Shown: positions 42,469 to 53,600 of the stretch, in pieces
Numbering within the stretch: position 1 is the first letter of the stretch
How the letters are laid out: every line of letters starts with the position of its first letter
NCBI GenBank assembly: GCA_020056715.1
Contig: JAGVHG010000040.1
Location: 75,920-139,919, forward strand
Direction: 5' to 3'
Length of the DNA: 64,000 bases
Source: Phycisphaerae bacterium
GTDB lineage: Bacteria > Planctomycetota > Phycisphaerae > UBA1845
Program-made: the position numbers and the translations under genes
The notes under the pieces: model-generated
What the model was told of the DNA's origin: nothing
Seen by the model: the letters and a program-made list of their open reading frames with translations, nothing else
Databases searched by the model: none

Positions 42469-44406
42469 ATGGCTAGGCGCGCTCGTGCGGTCATCCTGCC
42501 GGTGGTCTTGTTTGTGCTCCTACTGTTGGGGCTGCTGGGGGCGATGTTCTCGTTTCGTATTCATGCGGACGTGTCCGCGACGCGAGTAATGGGTGACCGG
42601 CTGCAAACGCGCCTCGCGGCCGAGGCGGGCGTCGAGGCCGTGAAGTTGTTGCTTCGGACCGCCCGCTTCGATCGCACCCAGTGGTACAATAACCCCGTTG
42701 CATTCCACCGTATCTTGGTCTGGGCCTACGGGGCGGACCGTTCCACGGCCGGGACCAACGAAGAGTTCAAGGACACCAAGGCCTTTCGATTCAGCATTGT
42801 GGCCGACGATCCTACCGATGATGAGCGCTACATTCGCTTTGGCATCACTGACGAGGCATCCAAGCTCAACCTGAACACCGCCACCGATAGTCAGTTGCTC
42901 AAGTTCGTCGAAACGGTCGTCGGACAAGGGGAGGATAACGATCTCAACCCGCGGGCGATCGTGGACGCAATCATTGACTGGCGCGACGCCGATTCCAAGC
43001 CGACGGGTGAGGCCGGTGACACGGAGGAGGCGTACTATCGCGCGCTCGACAAACCGTATCGCGTCAAGAACGGGCCGTTTTCCACCGTCGAAGAGTTGCT
43101 GTTGGTCAAAGGCATTACCGGACAGGTGCTCTTCGGCGAGGACTTCGATCGCAACGGTCTGCTGACTCCCAATGAAGACGACGGCGACAAGTCATTCCCG
43201 CCGGACAACCAGGATGGGATCCTCAACCGCGGGCTTTTCCCCTATCTGACGGTCATGTCGTACGACAACAACACCAGCAACGACAACCGCCCACGGGTCT
43301 TCCTGTTCAGCGACGAGGCCACGCTCAAGAAAGAACTAGAACCGGTCTTTCCGGATGAACCAGACATCGTCAACTTCATCGTAGCCGTGACCAGGACCGG
43401 ACCCGGCGTCCCGGGGCCGGGAGGAAAACCGCCTGGGCCCCAGCAGCCGAAGCAGCCGAAAACTGGTACCGGAGTTACGCCCGGTCCACAGGAACCGGGC
43501 GCGAACCCGCCCGTCCAGCCGCCACCCGGAACTCCCGGCGGAGGCAAGGGCGGCAAGAAACCCCCGACCGCACCAGTTCCCTCCGGCGGTCCTACACCGC
43601 CGAAGATTCCCCCACCCGTTGGTAAGCAAACGAATAGTATGAAGCAGAAGAACCTGGGCAGCCCTCCCAGTCCTGGAAATCCGCGCGGTTCCGTAGTGGA
43701 CGAGGGCAAGGGCGGCAAGCCGCAGCCACCGGGCCGGACCGACCCGGTACCAAGCGATCCTACGCCGGCAGCGCCTACGACGCCAGTCGGCAGCGAAGTG
43801 GTACCAGGTGGGGAGGAAGGCGGCGAAGGAGGAGAAAAACCGACCGGGGGTGCGGAAAGCGGTGATGGTGGAACCGCGGCCACGCCGATTCGATCACCAG
43901 CGTCGCTGCTTCGCCCGCGCAAGGTTGGAACGGCACAGGAGGAGCCGAGTCCGCTGACGGTCGATCGCCTGCCGTTATTGATGGACCAGTTGTCGACTCG
44001 GCGGCCGGCGGAGCGGCGTATTCCGGGCCTTATCAATGTTAATACGGCCCCTCGGCAGGTGTTGGAATGCCTCGGAGAACTGAATGGGGAGCAGATTCAA
44101 AGCATCCTCGCACTTCGAGAGACGCTGGATGCGGAGACGTTGTCGACGCCGGCGTGGCTGGTGACGGCAGGGGCGGTCGACGTAGAGACGTTCGACAAGA
44201 TCGCCACGAATCTTACCTCGCGGGGTCAACAATTTTCTATTGAATCTTTGGGCTACGGAGATCATATTGGTATGGTCACGCGGCTGCAGGTGGTGGTGGA
44301 TATGGTGGGACCTATCGCACAAACGATCTATTACCGCGACCTGAGCTATCTGGGCGGCAGCTACCCGATCCGCGAAGAAGATAAGGAGCAGGTCCGTGGC
44401 CGGTAG
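42469..44406 (+). CDS. gspK: GspK-like pseudopilus tip protein with ~170-aa Pro/Gly-rich insertion
   Basis: Hydrophobic N-terminus without Glu5. Motifs ITDEASKLNLNTA, IIDWRDAD, PFSTVEELLLVKGIT and INVNTAPRQVL (HhH). Insertion at about 43396-43900. Confidence 0.7.
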   Translation: MARRARAVILPVVLFVLLLLGLLGAMFSFRIHADVSATRVMGDRLQTRLAAEAGVEAVKLLLRTARFDRTQWYNNPVAFHRILVWAYGADRSTAGTNEEFKDTKAFRFSIVADDPTDDERYIRFGITDEASKLNLNTATDSQLLKFVETVVGQGEDNDLNPRAIVDAIIDWRDADSKPTGEAGDTEEAYYRALDKPYRVKNGPFSTVEELLLVKGITGQVLFGEDFDRNGLLTPNEDDGDKSFPPDNQDGILNRGLFPYLTVMSYDNNTSNDNRPRVFLFSDEATLKKELEPVFPDEPDIVNFIVAVTRTGPGVPGPGGKPPGPQQPKQPKTGTGVTPGPQEPGANPPVQPPPGTPGGGKGGKKPPTAPVPSGGPTPPKIPPPVGKQTNSMKQKNLGSPPSPGNPRGSVVDEGKGGKPQPPGRTDPVPSDPTPAAPTTPVGSEVVPGGEEGGEGGEKPTGGAESGDGGTAATPIRSPASLLRPRKVGTAQEEPSPLTVDRLPLLMDQLSTRRPAERRIPGLINVNTAPRQVLECLGELNGEQIQSILALRETLDAETLSTPAWLVTAGAVDVETFDKIATNLTSRGQQFSIESLGYGDHIGMVTRLQVVVDMVGPIAQTIYYRDLSYLGGSYPIREEDKEQVRGR

Positions 44407-46006
44407 ACCGCCGCCGAAAAAGATCGTGGCCGTCGACTGGGACACGCGTACGCTGCGGATCGTCCATGCCCTGCTCGGCAAACGCGGGGTGAAAATCGAC
44501 CGTTTGCTTTCGGCGCCGATTCCTACGGACCTTGATCTTGCGAACCCTGAACTATTGGGGCGACACATCCGGCGAGTGCTGGACCAGGAAGGGATCCAAA
44601 CCAAGCACGCGACCGTCGACATCCCCCGCGATCAAGCCATTCTCAAGACGCTGTCGCTTCCGGCGCTTTCACCGGACGAGTTGGCGGGGATGGTGGGAAT
44701 CCAGATTGCCAAGGAGCTGCCGTTTCCGGCGAGCGAAGCAGTGATCGACTTTGCGGTTCCGCCGTTCGCGGCTTCGGCAACGACATCGGAAGTGTTGGTG
44801 GCCGCGGTGCGCCGCGAGGTCGTGCAACAATACGAAACCACGTTCGAGGTGGCGGGTCTGAAACTGGACCGTGTGGGGCTTCGCCCCTATGCGAACACGG
44901 TGGCGGTTTGCGAATTGCTTAAACATGCCTTGCCGGAACGGGTGATGTTCATCGACGTGCGGCCTTCGCTGACGGAAATCGATGTCATCCACAACGGATC
45001 GTTGACCTTCTCGCGGGCGGCGTCGGTGATGGTCTCTCAGGAGGCGCGGGGTCACGGCGAGCGGCCGCGCTTTTCGATCGTGCGCGAGAGCGGCACGAGC
45101 GAGGCGCACGTGCCGATGGACTTGGACGCCGAAACGCCGCACCACCTCGGTGACACCGAGGCCATGATTCATTCGTTGGTGGTGGAGGTGACGCGTTCGA
45201 TCGAGGCCTATCGGGCCAACGACGCCGGGGCAACCATCGACCACGTGGTCATCGCGGGCGACCTCGGGGTGGAGGAGACGCTGGCGGAAGCGATTCAGAA
45301 ACGACTCGGTATCACGACGGAACTGTACAACCCGGCGGCATCGTTCGGTTGGGAACCGGACGAAGGGGCGGGAGCATCGGCGTTCGCTTCCACGTTGGGG
45401 CTAGTGGTGGGGCACTCCTACGACCGGGCGCTACACTTCGATTTTTTACACCCCAAAAAACGCGTCTCGCAGACTCAGGAGCGGTTGAAAAAGGCGCCGC
45501 TGGTGGCGGCGGTGGCGGTGTTGTTCGTCGCGGCGGGAGGAATTGCCTTCGCCAAGTTCACCGCACCCGCCCGGAAGACCTTAGCGAGGATCGAGAGTTC
45601 GATCCAAGAGCTGGAGGACAAACGCGCCGACCACAAGAAATTCTTGGAGGTGATGGAACGAATCCGCGATTTCGACGCAGAGCAACATGTTTGGGTCGAC
45701 GTGCTGTACGACGTTCTCTACGTTCTCCCGACCAACGAGGAACTGGTGATCAACAATATAGAAATGAACCAGTCGGAGGGCCGGTTGGTGCTCAAGACCA
45801 AGACCAAGAACCGCGACACGGCTACGACCGCGGTGCGAAAGCTCGACGAGTTCCGACGAGAGGGGAAAGACCGCCCGCGGTTCAAGACGAGCATCGGCCC
45901 GCAGACGGAAAAAAAGGGCGAGAAATATGCGTATGTGCAGGACTTGCGGATTGCCCTGCTTCGGGATGACGCGGTGAAGAAGGGATCGGCGAAGTCCAAA
46001 AACTGA
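44396..46006 (+). CDS. PilM-PilN fusion (GspL-like cytoplasmic actin-like domain + TM + periplasmic domain)
   Basis: N-terminal domain of about 360 aa with PilM-like layout (IVAVDWDTRTLRIV.., IAGDLG). TM helix LVAAVAVLFVAAGGIAFA at about 45490-45560, followed by a PilN-like coiled-coil and alpha/beta domain. GTG start overlaps gspK by 11 nt. Confidence 0.6.
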   Translation: MAGRPPPKKIVAVDWDTRTLRIVHALLGKRGVKIDRLLSAPIPTDLDLANPELLGRHIRRVLDQEGIQTKHATVDIPRDQAILKTLSLPALSPDELAGMVGIQIAKELPFPASEAVIDFAVPPFAASATTSEVLVAAVRREVVQQYETTFEVAGLKLDRVGLRPYANTVAVCELLKHALPERVMFIDVRPSLTEIDVIHNGSLTFSRAASVMVSQEARGHGERPRFSIVRESGTSEAHVPMDLDAETPHHLGDTEAMIHSLVVEVTRSIEAYRANDAGATIDHVVIAGDLGVEETLAEAIQKRLGITTELYNPAASFGWEPDEGAGASAFASTLGLVVGHSYDRALHFDFLHPKKRVSQTQERLKKAPLVAAVAVLFVAAGGIAFAKFTAPARKTLARIESSIQELEDKRADHKKFLEVMERIRDFDAEQHVWVDVLYDVLYVLPTNEELVINNIEMNQSEGRLVLKTKTKNRDTATTAVRKLDEFRREGKDRPRFKTSIGPQTEKKGEKYAYVQDLRIALLRDDAVKKGSAKSKN

Positions 46007-46010
46007 AACC

Positions 46011-46028
46011 CACTGCTGACCAGCAGTG
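46011..46028. repeat. intercistronic hairpin CACTGCT-GACC-AGCAGTG
   Basis: Lies 13 nt upstream of ATG 46041. Near-identical to 13628-13648. Confidence 0.55.
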
Positions 46029-46040
46029 ACAGACGAAGTT

Positions 46041-47582
46041 ATGGATCGACGTACGAAAATCCTGGTAAGCGCGTTCGCCGTACTGGTCGGCGCGGGGTTG
46101 GTCCGCGGGGTCGTCTATCCCACCTGGATTCAGCCGTTACTGACGATCGACGAGCGGATCGTGGAACGTCAGAAGGTGTTGGATGTGCTGGAGGCGCAAG
46201 AGTCGGCCGTGCAACAGGCGCGGCACGAGTACAAGGCATTGGTTGCGCGAGTCGGCTCGTTCGACGTGAGTAAGGTCGAAACTGAGGTGCGCGATCGGCT
46301 CAATCACCTGATCGAGAGGCACCATTTGCAGGATGCGGCGGTGTCTCCCAGTCGGCCCGTGGAGGACCGTAAGACGGGCCTGTGGTCGACGTCGATTTCG
46401 GTGTCAGCGACCGGTACTTTGGAGTCGACCATCACGTTCTTGAAGGACCTCGCGGAGCTTCCCTACGTCGCGCGGGTCGGGAACCCGGTGCTGTCACCGG
46501 TGGGTGGCGGGCGAAAAGGCCCCAAACAAGACCTCCTCAGCCTGCGGGTTCCCGTGGACTTGCTGGTCCTGCCGCAAAACCGGGTGGCGGGTAGCATCCA
46601 GGTAGCGGAACTGACGCATCCCGATACGTACATTCGTCACCAGGGTCGCGAATACGCTCAGATTTGGAACCGTAAGCCGTTCTCGGAATACGTACCGCCG
46701 ATTCCGCTAAGGGCGACGGTGGCGCGAACCGTGAACGTGGAAAAGGGCCAGCCGGCCACACTCGAAGGGGCGGTGAGCGGCGGAGACGGCGAGTACACCA
46801 TCCGCTGGTCGCCGTCGGAGGGATTGAGCGATCCGACGTCGCTGCGTCCGACGGTGGATACCAGCAAAGCGGAAACGAAAACATACACCCTCACCGTCAC
46901 GGACGGCAGCGGTGGAACGTCCGAGGCCGTAGCGATGGTCACGGTGCGCGAGCCGCGGCCCGAGCCTGTGGCGGTGGTGAAACCACCAGAGCCTGTCCCC
47001 CCGCCGCCGCCGCCGGGTCCCAAGCGTTGGCCCGACGGGCGGAATATGACCATCGCCATGGCCTTATTGCGTACTTTGGGTCCGGAGCGGTTGGACGAGT
47101 TCATGGTATACAACAAACAATCCAAGCAGACCAACTATTACAAGGTCGGCGATGAATTCGACGGAGGAGAATTGGTTTTTGTGCATCAGCGCGGCGGGGT
47201 TGTGCGTAGAAATGAGGACTACTACGTGTATCCGATCGGGGCGAGCCTCGATCAACCCGTGGAAGCGAAGGCCGCCGACGACTATCCGGAGTTGAAGTCC
47301 GCGGCGGACAAGATTCGCGAGATTCGTGAGGCGCGGCAAAAGGCGATGCCCGCGCCGCCGGCAGCGCCCGAGGCACAGCCGCCGCCGACCGAGGCACCGG
47401 TGGAGAGCGGGCGGAAGATCGAGGATGCCAAGACCGAGCCGGAGCTGGAAGTGAAGCCCGCGGAAGACGCGAATGCTAAACCGGCTGAACCGGCGAGCGC
47501 GGATGAGAAACCGGCGGAGTCCAAGACGGCCAAGCCGAAGCGTCGCCCGAGTAGGCCCGTGACGCCGAAGAAACAGCCGTAG
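46041..47582 (+). CDS. PilO/GspM-like - Ig/PKD-like - PilP/GspC-HR-like fusion protein with Pro/Ala/Lys-rich tail
   Basis: TM helix (ILVSAFAVLVGAGLV), coiled coil and a PilO-like domain (ISVSATGTLESTITFLKDLAELPYV). An Ig-like module follows (EKGQPATLEGAVSGGDGEYTIRWSP..TYTLTVTDGSGG), then a beta domain (YYKVGDEFDGGELVFVHQRGGVVRRNEDYYVYPIG). Confidence 0.5.
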   Translation: MDRRTKILVSAFAVLVGAGLVRGVVYPTWIQPLLTIDERIVERQKVLDVLEAQESAVQQARHEYKALVARVGSFDVSKVETEVRDRLNHLIERHHLQDAAVSPSRPVEDRKTGLWSTSISVSATGTLESTITFLKDLAELPYVARVGNPVLSPVGGGRKGPKQDLLSLRVPVDLLVLPQNRVAGSIQVAELTHPDTYIRHQGREYAQIWNRKPFSEYVPPIPLRATVARTVNVEKGQPATLEGAVSGGDGEYTIRWSPSEGLSDPTSLRPTVDTSKAETKTYTLTVTDGSGGTSEAVAMVTVREPRPEPVAVVKPPEPVPPPPPPGPKRWPDGRNMTIAMALLRTLGPERLDEFMVYNKQSKQTNYYKVGDEFDGGELVFVHQRGGVVRRNEDYYVYPIGASLDQPVEAKAADDYPELKSAADKIREIREARQKAMPAPPAAPEAQPPPTEAPVESGRKIEDAKTEPELEVKPAEDANAKPAEPASADEKPAESKTAKPKRRPSRPVTPKKQP

Positions 47583-47621
47583 CCGGGCCGAGATGGCGAG
47601 CCAAGCAGAAGGAACCTAAAA

Positions 47622-50600
47622 ATGAAACACAGACCGATCCGACGAACACGACGCCCCTTGGGGGTTGCAATTCTGTATTTGGCCGTGCTGGGGTCCGTCG
47701 GGAGCATGCCCTTCGCGCTTGCGCAGGTTCCCACCCAACCCGCCCAACCCACTCCACAGCCCGCGACTAAGGGACGTCGAACGAGCAACATAAAACCGCC
47801 TGTCCAGCCGCAACAAACGGACGAGCCAAAGACCGCGCCTGACGCCGAGGTGGAGACGCCCAAGGAGGCAGAGACCGCGCAACCGCAGACCCCGCCGCAA
47901 CCGATCCCACCACGCCCCGTGCGTCCGACGCCAGGCAAAGGGGTCGAACCGAGCGACGCAGCTGTCAAACCGACAATGCCGGAAGGCGCTCTTGATCCCG
48001 CTCGCGGCGCGGTCGCGCAACCACAGCCACAGCCAACAGCGGAAGCCCCGAAGAAACCCGATGAATCCGAAGTGGACCCGGCCAAGCGGGTGGAAGAGGC
48101 GCGTAAGGCAGCCGCGGATCGCGCCGCTGCGCGGCGTGCTCGCACCGGACAAGGTACGGACGCGACGGGTAGACCAATTGCGGGTCAGCCCGCCACGGGT
48201 GCGACGGGCTTACCTTCGGGAGCGGGTTCTATGCCGGTCATGCCGCCGTCGGGGGAGACGATGGGGGAGGTTCCGCCGGACGGCGAGCCGTCGACGACGC
48301 TCAACATCGCTCCGGCGGAAAGCGACGTGCCGCCGGAAGCGAGGATGTACGGATTCAGCATCAAGGACGGTACCTACGAACAGCTCATTGCGGGGTTCGC
48401 CCGGCAGACGGGGCTGGGCGTGATCGGCGATGCGCCCAAGGATGGGAAGGTGACGTTCGTTACTACAGAGACATTGACTTTCGATCAAACGCTCGCTCGG
48501 GTTCAGATGCTACTGTTCAAGTACAAGCCGCACGAGCCGTATTGGATCGTGCGCAACGAGACAAACCTGGAGGTCAGCAAGGTCAACGATATTTACCGCG
48601 TCCTTCCGCGGAACCGGATGTTTCGGAACTTGGACGACTACCGCGCTGCCAACCTATCAAGTGACGAGCTGGCATTGGTAGTGTATACGCCCAAGAGCGG
48701 TTCGATCGCCGCTTTGAAGCAAGTTCGGGACTGGCTGCCGGATTATGTGCGGGTGACGCCACTCGATGAGCAAAACAGCGTCACCATCTTCGCTCTGGTG
48801 AGCGACATCGAGAAATATCTCTGGTTGCTGGACTGGATCAGCGGAGCGCGCACGGACCCGCGGACGCTCACGAAGATCGAGGTCCGTCACCTCTTGGCAA
48901 GCGAGGCGCTCAACCGGATGCGACAATTGATGGACATCGAGGGGGCGCCGCAGGGTAGGCCGCAGACGGCGGTTCCGAAGCGCGCTGCGCGGGAGCCGAG
49001 CGCCTTGGACACCATGCCCGAGCCGCCCGTAACGGTGATCGCCGACGACGCCCAGGGGATCCTCCTGGTGCGGGCGATGCAGGACAAGATCGACGAGATC
49101 AAGCTGCTTCTGCCCTTCATCGACGTGGACCTGTCGACACAGTCACCGGCGCCTGTGATCGTAAAGCTGCAATACGTGGACGCGAATGATATGATCGCCA
49201 CGCTGCAGCAAATCCTGTCCGCGTCGTCGACGCCGCCGGGGACGCCTACGCCGCCCAGGGCGAAGAAGGGAAAAAAGGGCCTTCCCACGCCCGCGGGGAC
49301 GGCGCCTATGGGCGCATCGGGTACAGCTACAGCTCCGGAGAGCATCACGCTTCTGCCTCACCCCTCCGACAACGCGATCATAGTGCTCGCCGACGAAGAG
49401 GGGGTGGCGCGGGTCCGTGAGTTGGTCACGCTTTTCGACGTGTCCACGACGATGGACCCGATACGGCTTCCGTTGTCCCACGCGGACGCGAATGAAGTGC
49501 TCAATACCATTACGGCCGTGTTGGGAGCGGCTAACCCCAAAGGGAAGCCGGCCCTCGACCGGTTTACCGTGGTCGTCGATCCCGCCGGGGATGCGGTGTG
49601 GTTCAGAGGCGGCGACAAGGACCTCGCCAGGGTGAAGGGCTTGATCGAGACGATCGACGTCGCGGGGGAGCCGGTGTCGCTCCGGGTGGTGATGTTGAAG
49701 TACCAGCAGCCGACGTTCGTATCGAACATGCTGCGAGAGTTCGAGGGGACCAACTCGGCGTCCCCGACGCCGGCGCCGGCGGGGAGAAAACCAAAGAGCA
49801 AACGGGCCGTGTCGGTTCAGACTTCGAAGTTCACTCCGGACGATACGACGAACAGGTTGTTCATTATTTGTACGGAGGACGATTGGGCGCGGTACCAGCC
49901 GCTGATTGCGCAGCTCGACCGGCCGGCGGATGACGGGGAGGTGTTCGTTCGCCTGCCGCTTCAGCACGCCGAGCCGAACACGGCCATCGACCGTCTTGTA
50001 GCGATGCTCGGTGACGGGGAGAGCGTGCGGTTCATCCCCAGCGAGGGGAGCATCCTCGTGGTGGGAGCGAAGCCTCAGCAGATCGAACGCATCAAGGTGT
50101 TTATCGCCGAAGTGGACAAGCCGTCGCATGTGGAGCAGCGGACGTTCGAGATTCGGCACGCCAATCCGGCGGACATCAAGTCGGCGATCGAGAGTCTGAT
50201 CGCGGACATGCCGGTGAAGGCCCCACGACGGCCAAGGAAGGGCGACGCCGGTAAAAGTGGGGTAGCGACGGAGGCGACTGTGACGGACCAGTTGACCATC
50301 GTCCAACTCGGCCAACGGCTTGTGGTCCAGACCACGCCGGCGCGGATGGAGCAGGTTGCGGCGTTGATTGCCGAGTTCGACGTCGAGGAGGCGAAGACGG
50401 AACTGAAAGTGTACGCCGACTTCCCGCCGGGTACGAATATTGAGTCCATCTCCGATACGGTTTCGTCAGTGTTCACGGCGACTGGACGAGGCTCCAAGCG
50501 GGGAAACAAGGACGTCGCGGCGGTGGAGGGGCCGAAGTTCATCCCCCAGCCGGCGTCCGGCAAACTCGTGGTGATCGCCGATCCGTCGGTGTTCCCGGAA

Positions 50601-53600
50601 ATCGAGCGGCTCCTGAACGTGCTGCGGCGTGAGGTAGAGGCGAGGCCGACGATCGTGGCGTTCGTGGAGGTCAAGCACGCCGACCCCGCGGATTTGGTGG
50701 AAAGCATCAAGCCGCTGCTGGATATCAAGATTCGCGGGCTGGTGGAGTCGGGGGAACTGGACGAGGCCGGTGAAGAGGGCGTGGCCGCGCCGAAGATGCC
50801 CAAACGTCGGTCGGCACCCTCTCAAACCTCCAGCGACCGTTATCACCTTTCGCCCGATTCGCGGAACCACCGGATCGTGATTGCGGCGCCGCAGGTTGTC
50901 GTCGATCAAGCGAAGGCGCTGATTGCCCAGTTCGACACCCCGGGCGAAAAGCCTGTCTTCAAGACGGTGGAACTGGCCAACGCGGCGCCGGACGAAATGG
51001 TCCGCGCGGTCAAGGAGATGATGGGCAGGCCGGTGGCACGCAAGGCTGTGAGCACGGGCAAGGGGAAAGCGCCGGTCATGCCGGCCGTGGATTTAGGCGG
51101 CGGAAGCGAAGGGCTGTCGGTCGTCGAGGCGCCGGGTGGCGGCGCGGTGATCCTGCACGGGCAGGCGGCGGAGGTCGCTCAGGCCGAGGATTGGATCAAG
51201 CAACTCGACGCGATGTCCACGCGAGGGCGGACCATCAAGGTTTACGAGATCAAAAAGGCGGACATGGCCAAGCTGTTCGACCTGGTGGTGAACGTAGTCG
51301 GCAGTTCGTCGCCGGCGATGGGCGGTAAGGGCGTGCCGCAAATGCCGCATAGGTCCGCGGGCAAAGGTGCGGACACAAAAGAAAAAGACATTGAGGAGGA
51401 GTTCACCACAAGCAAGACGTTCTCCGGGGCGGACTTGTACATCCAGGCCGATTTGATCGGGAAGACGATGTTGGTTGCCGCGACGCCCTCAAAGGTTGCG
51501 GAGATAGACGACATTGTCGCTCGCTTGGACAAGGGCACGGAGGAGGCGATCGGCAGGGTCATCGGGGCGGACAAGCCGACGCCGAAGTTGATGTACGACC
51601 TGAAGGAGGCCGACGCCATCGACGCGAAATATGCCCTGCGGGACGCGTTCGAGACCATGTGGGAGCCGCGCGATGAGCTTCCCCAGGTGGATGGCTTCGG
51701 GAGCGTGTTGATCGTGCGCTATCCGCACGATGAGCGCTTCGACGAAATCCAGGAATTCATCCGCAAGTACGCGGACAAGCCCGATCCGGAGAAGACCAAG
51801 ATCGTGGCTAAGTCCTTCCCGGCCCCGGCTGGACTCAGGGCTGAGGAAGCGGCGGCTTGGATCAAAATAAATCACCCGGAGATCGTGGTGGACTTGGTGG
51901 ACAAAACGCCCGGTAGCGACAAGCCGTACGAAATCGAACAGATTCGGCCGCTTGCACCCAAGAAAGCCAATCCTTGCGTGTTGCCGGGCGCTTTTCTCCG
52001 GGCGACGGACGCCCTGCTGGGAAGCATCGTCGGTCAGTCTCCACCGCAAAACGGTGCGGGAGGCCAGCCCGAAGCCCAACCATTACCTGAGGAGGAAGCG
52101 ACCGAGGATGAGCCGGAGGAGGAAGTCGCACCCATCCCCACCGGCGATGACATGATTCGGCGAGCGATCACGCCGATCGTTCCTCGGAAGAGCAAGAAGA
52201 CCACTGAGCCCCAAGCCGACGACAAGAGTAAGACGAGTGACAAGTCGAGTGACAAGCCGGGCGAAAAAGCGGACGACAAGAAAGGGCTGACGGGAGAGCG
52301 GATCGAAATCGAATACAACAACGTGGCCGGTGTGTTCGTGGTCAAGGGGCAAGCCGGCGACGTCAAAGAGGTTGATGATTGGCTCGATGAACTCAAAGAA
52401 GGGATTGAGGACTTCCCAGTCAAACCCGACATTCGCATCTTCCGCGTGCGGTACATCGACGTGGACTTGGCGCAGGACATCTTGGAGGAGATGTTCAACG
52501 CCACGAAGCAGCAAACGGCAATGCTGCAACAACAACAGCAGGCCGCGATGCGGGCACAGCAGCAGTTGCAGCAGCGCCAGGGACAGCAGGGACAGCAACC
52601 GGGGGCCAAGGGTCAGCCAGGCGACCAAGCAGGCCCCGGCGCTCCCGGCGCTCCGGGCGGTCGAAACGCGCAGCCGCAAGCGATCCAAGCGCAGCTGGCG
52701 CCGCCGCAGCTTCCCCAGGCGGGCGTACGCATCTATCCCAACCGGCGCGATCGCACTTTGATCCTGCGCGCCGAGACCAGCCAGTATCCGCAGATCGAAG
52801 AACTCCTCGCCACGATCGATCAGCCCAAGCCCATCGACAGCTTCATGCGGACCTATCCGCTCAAGAACCTCAACGCCGCCGAAGTGGAAGAAATCCTGCG
52901 GGAAATGCTGGGGATCGGCAAGGAAGGCGCTCGTCCCAAGGCCGGGGCCGCTCGGACTCCAGGCGTACCGGGTGCACCGGGCGCGTCGGCCGCTCCGGCG
53001 GATCAACTTCCGCAGACGATTTTACAGGAGACGGTCTCCGGGGCGTCACAATTAGGCGTCGATCCTGCGGACATCAAGCTGTTCAGCAGCGAGGTGTCCA
53101 ATACGGTGATGGCCATGGCCCCGAAAAAGGCGTTGGATTTCATCGGGGAGTTAATCAACAAGCTGGAAAGCGAGGACATCCCGCAACGAACCACTAAGTA
53201 CTACGAGTTGAAGCACGCGGACGTAGAAGACGCGGCGGCGTATCTGGAGAGTCACTTCGAGGAGGCGTCGGGGCCGCGTAAAACGCGAAAAGGCGGCGGG
53301 GATGCCGCGGCCGCAGGCCCGGGCGGAAAATCCCTCAACACTCCGAGCTTCGTGCCCTATCCGCGATTGAACTTTCTGACGGTCCAAGCGACGGCGGCGC
53401 AGATCGAAGAGATCGACAAGATCGTCGAACGGATCGACGTGAGCGGGGGTACGGACAAATGGGAGGACGTGGCATTGGCCCACGCCGACGCCAAACTGGT
53501 CGCGGATACGCTGACGAAGATGTTCACCGACAAGAGCGGAGGGGGTACTGTTCCGTCGAAGGCGACGTCCAAGGGCGCGGCCATCCCCAAGTTTATCGGC

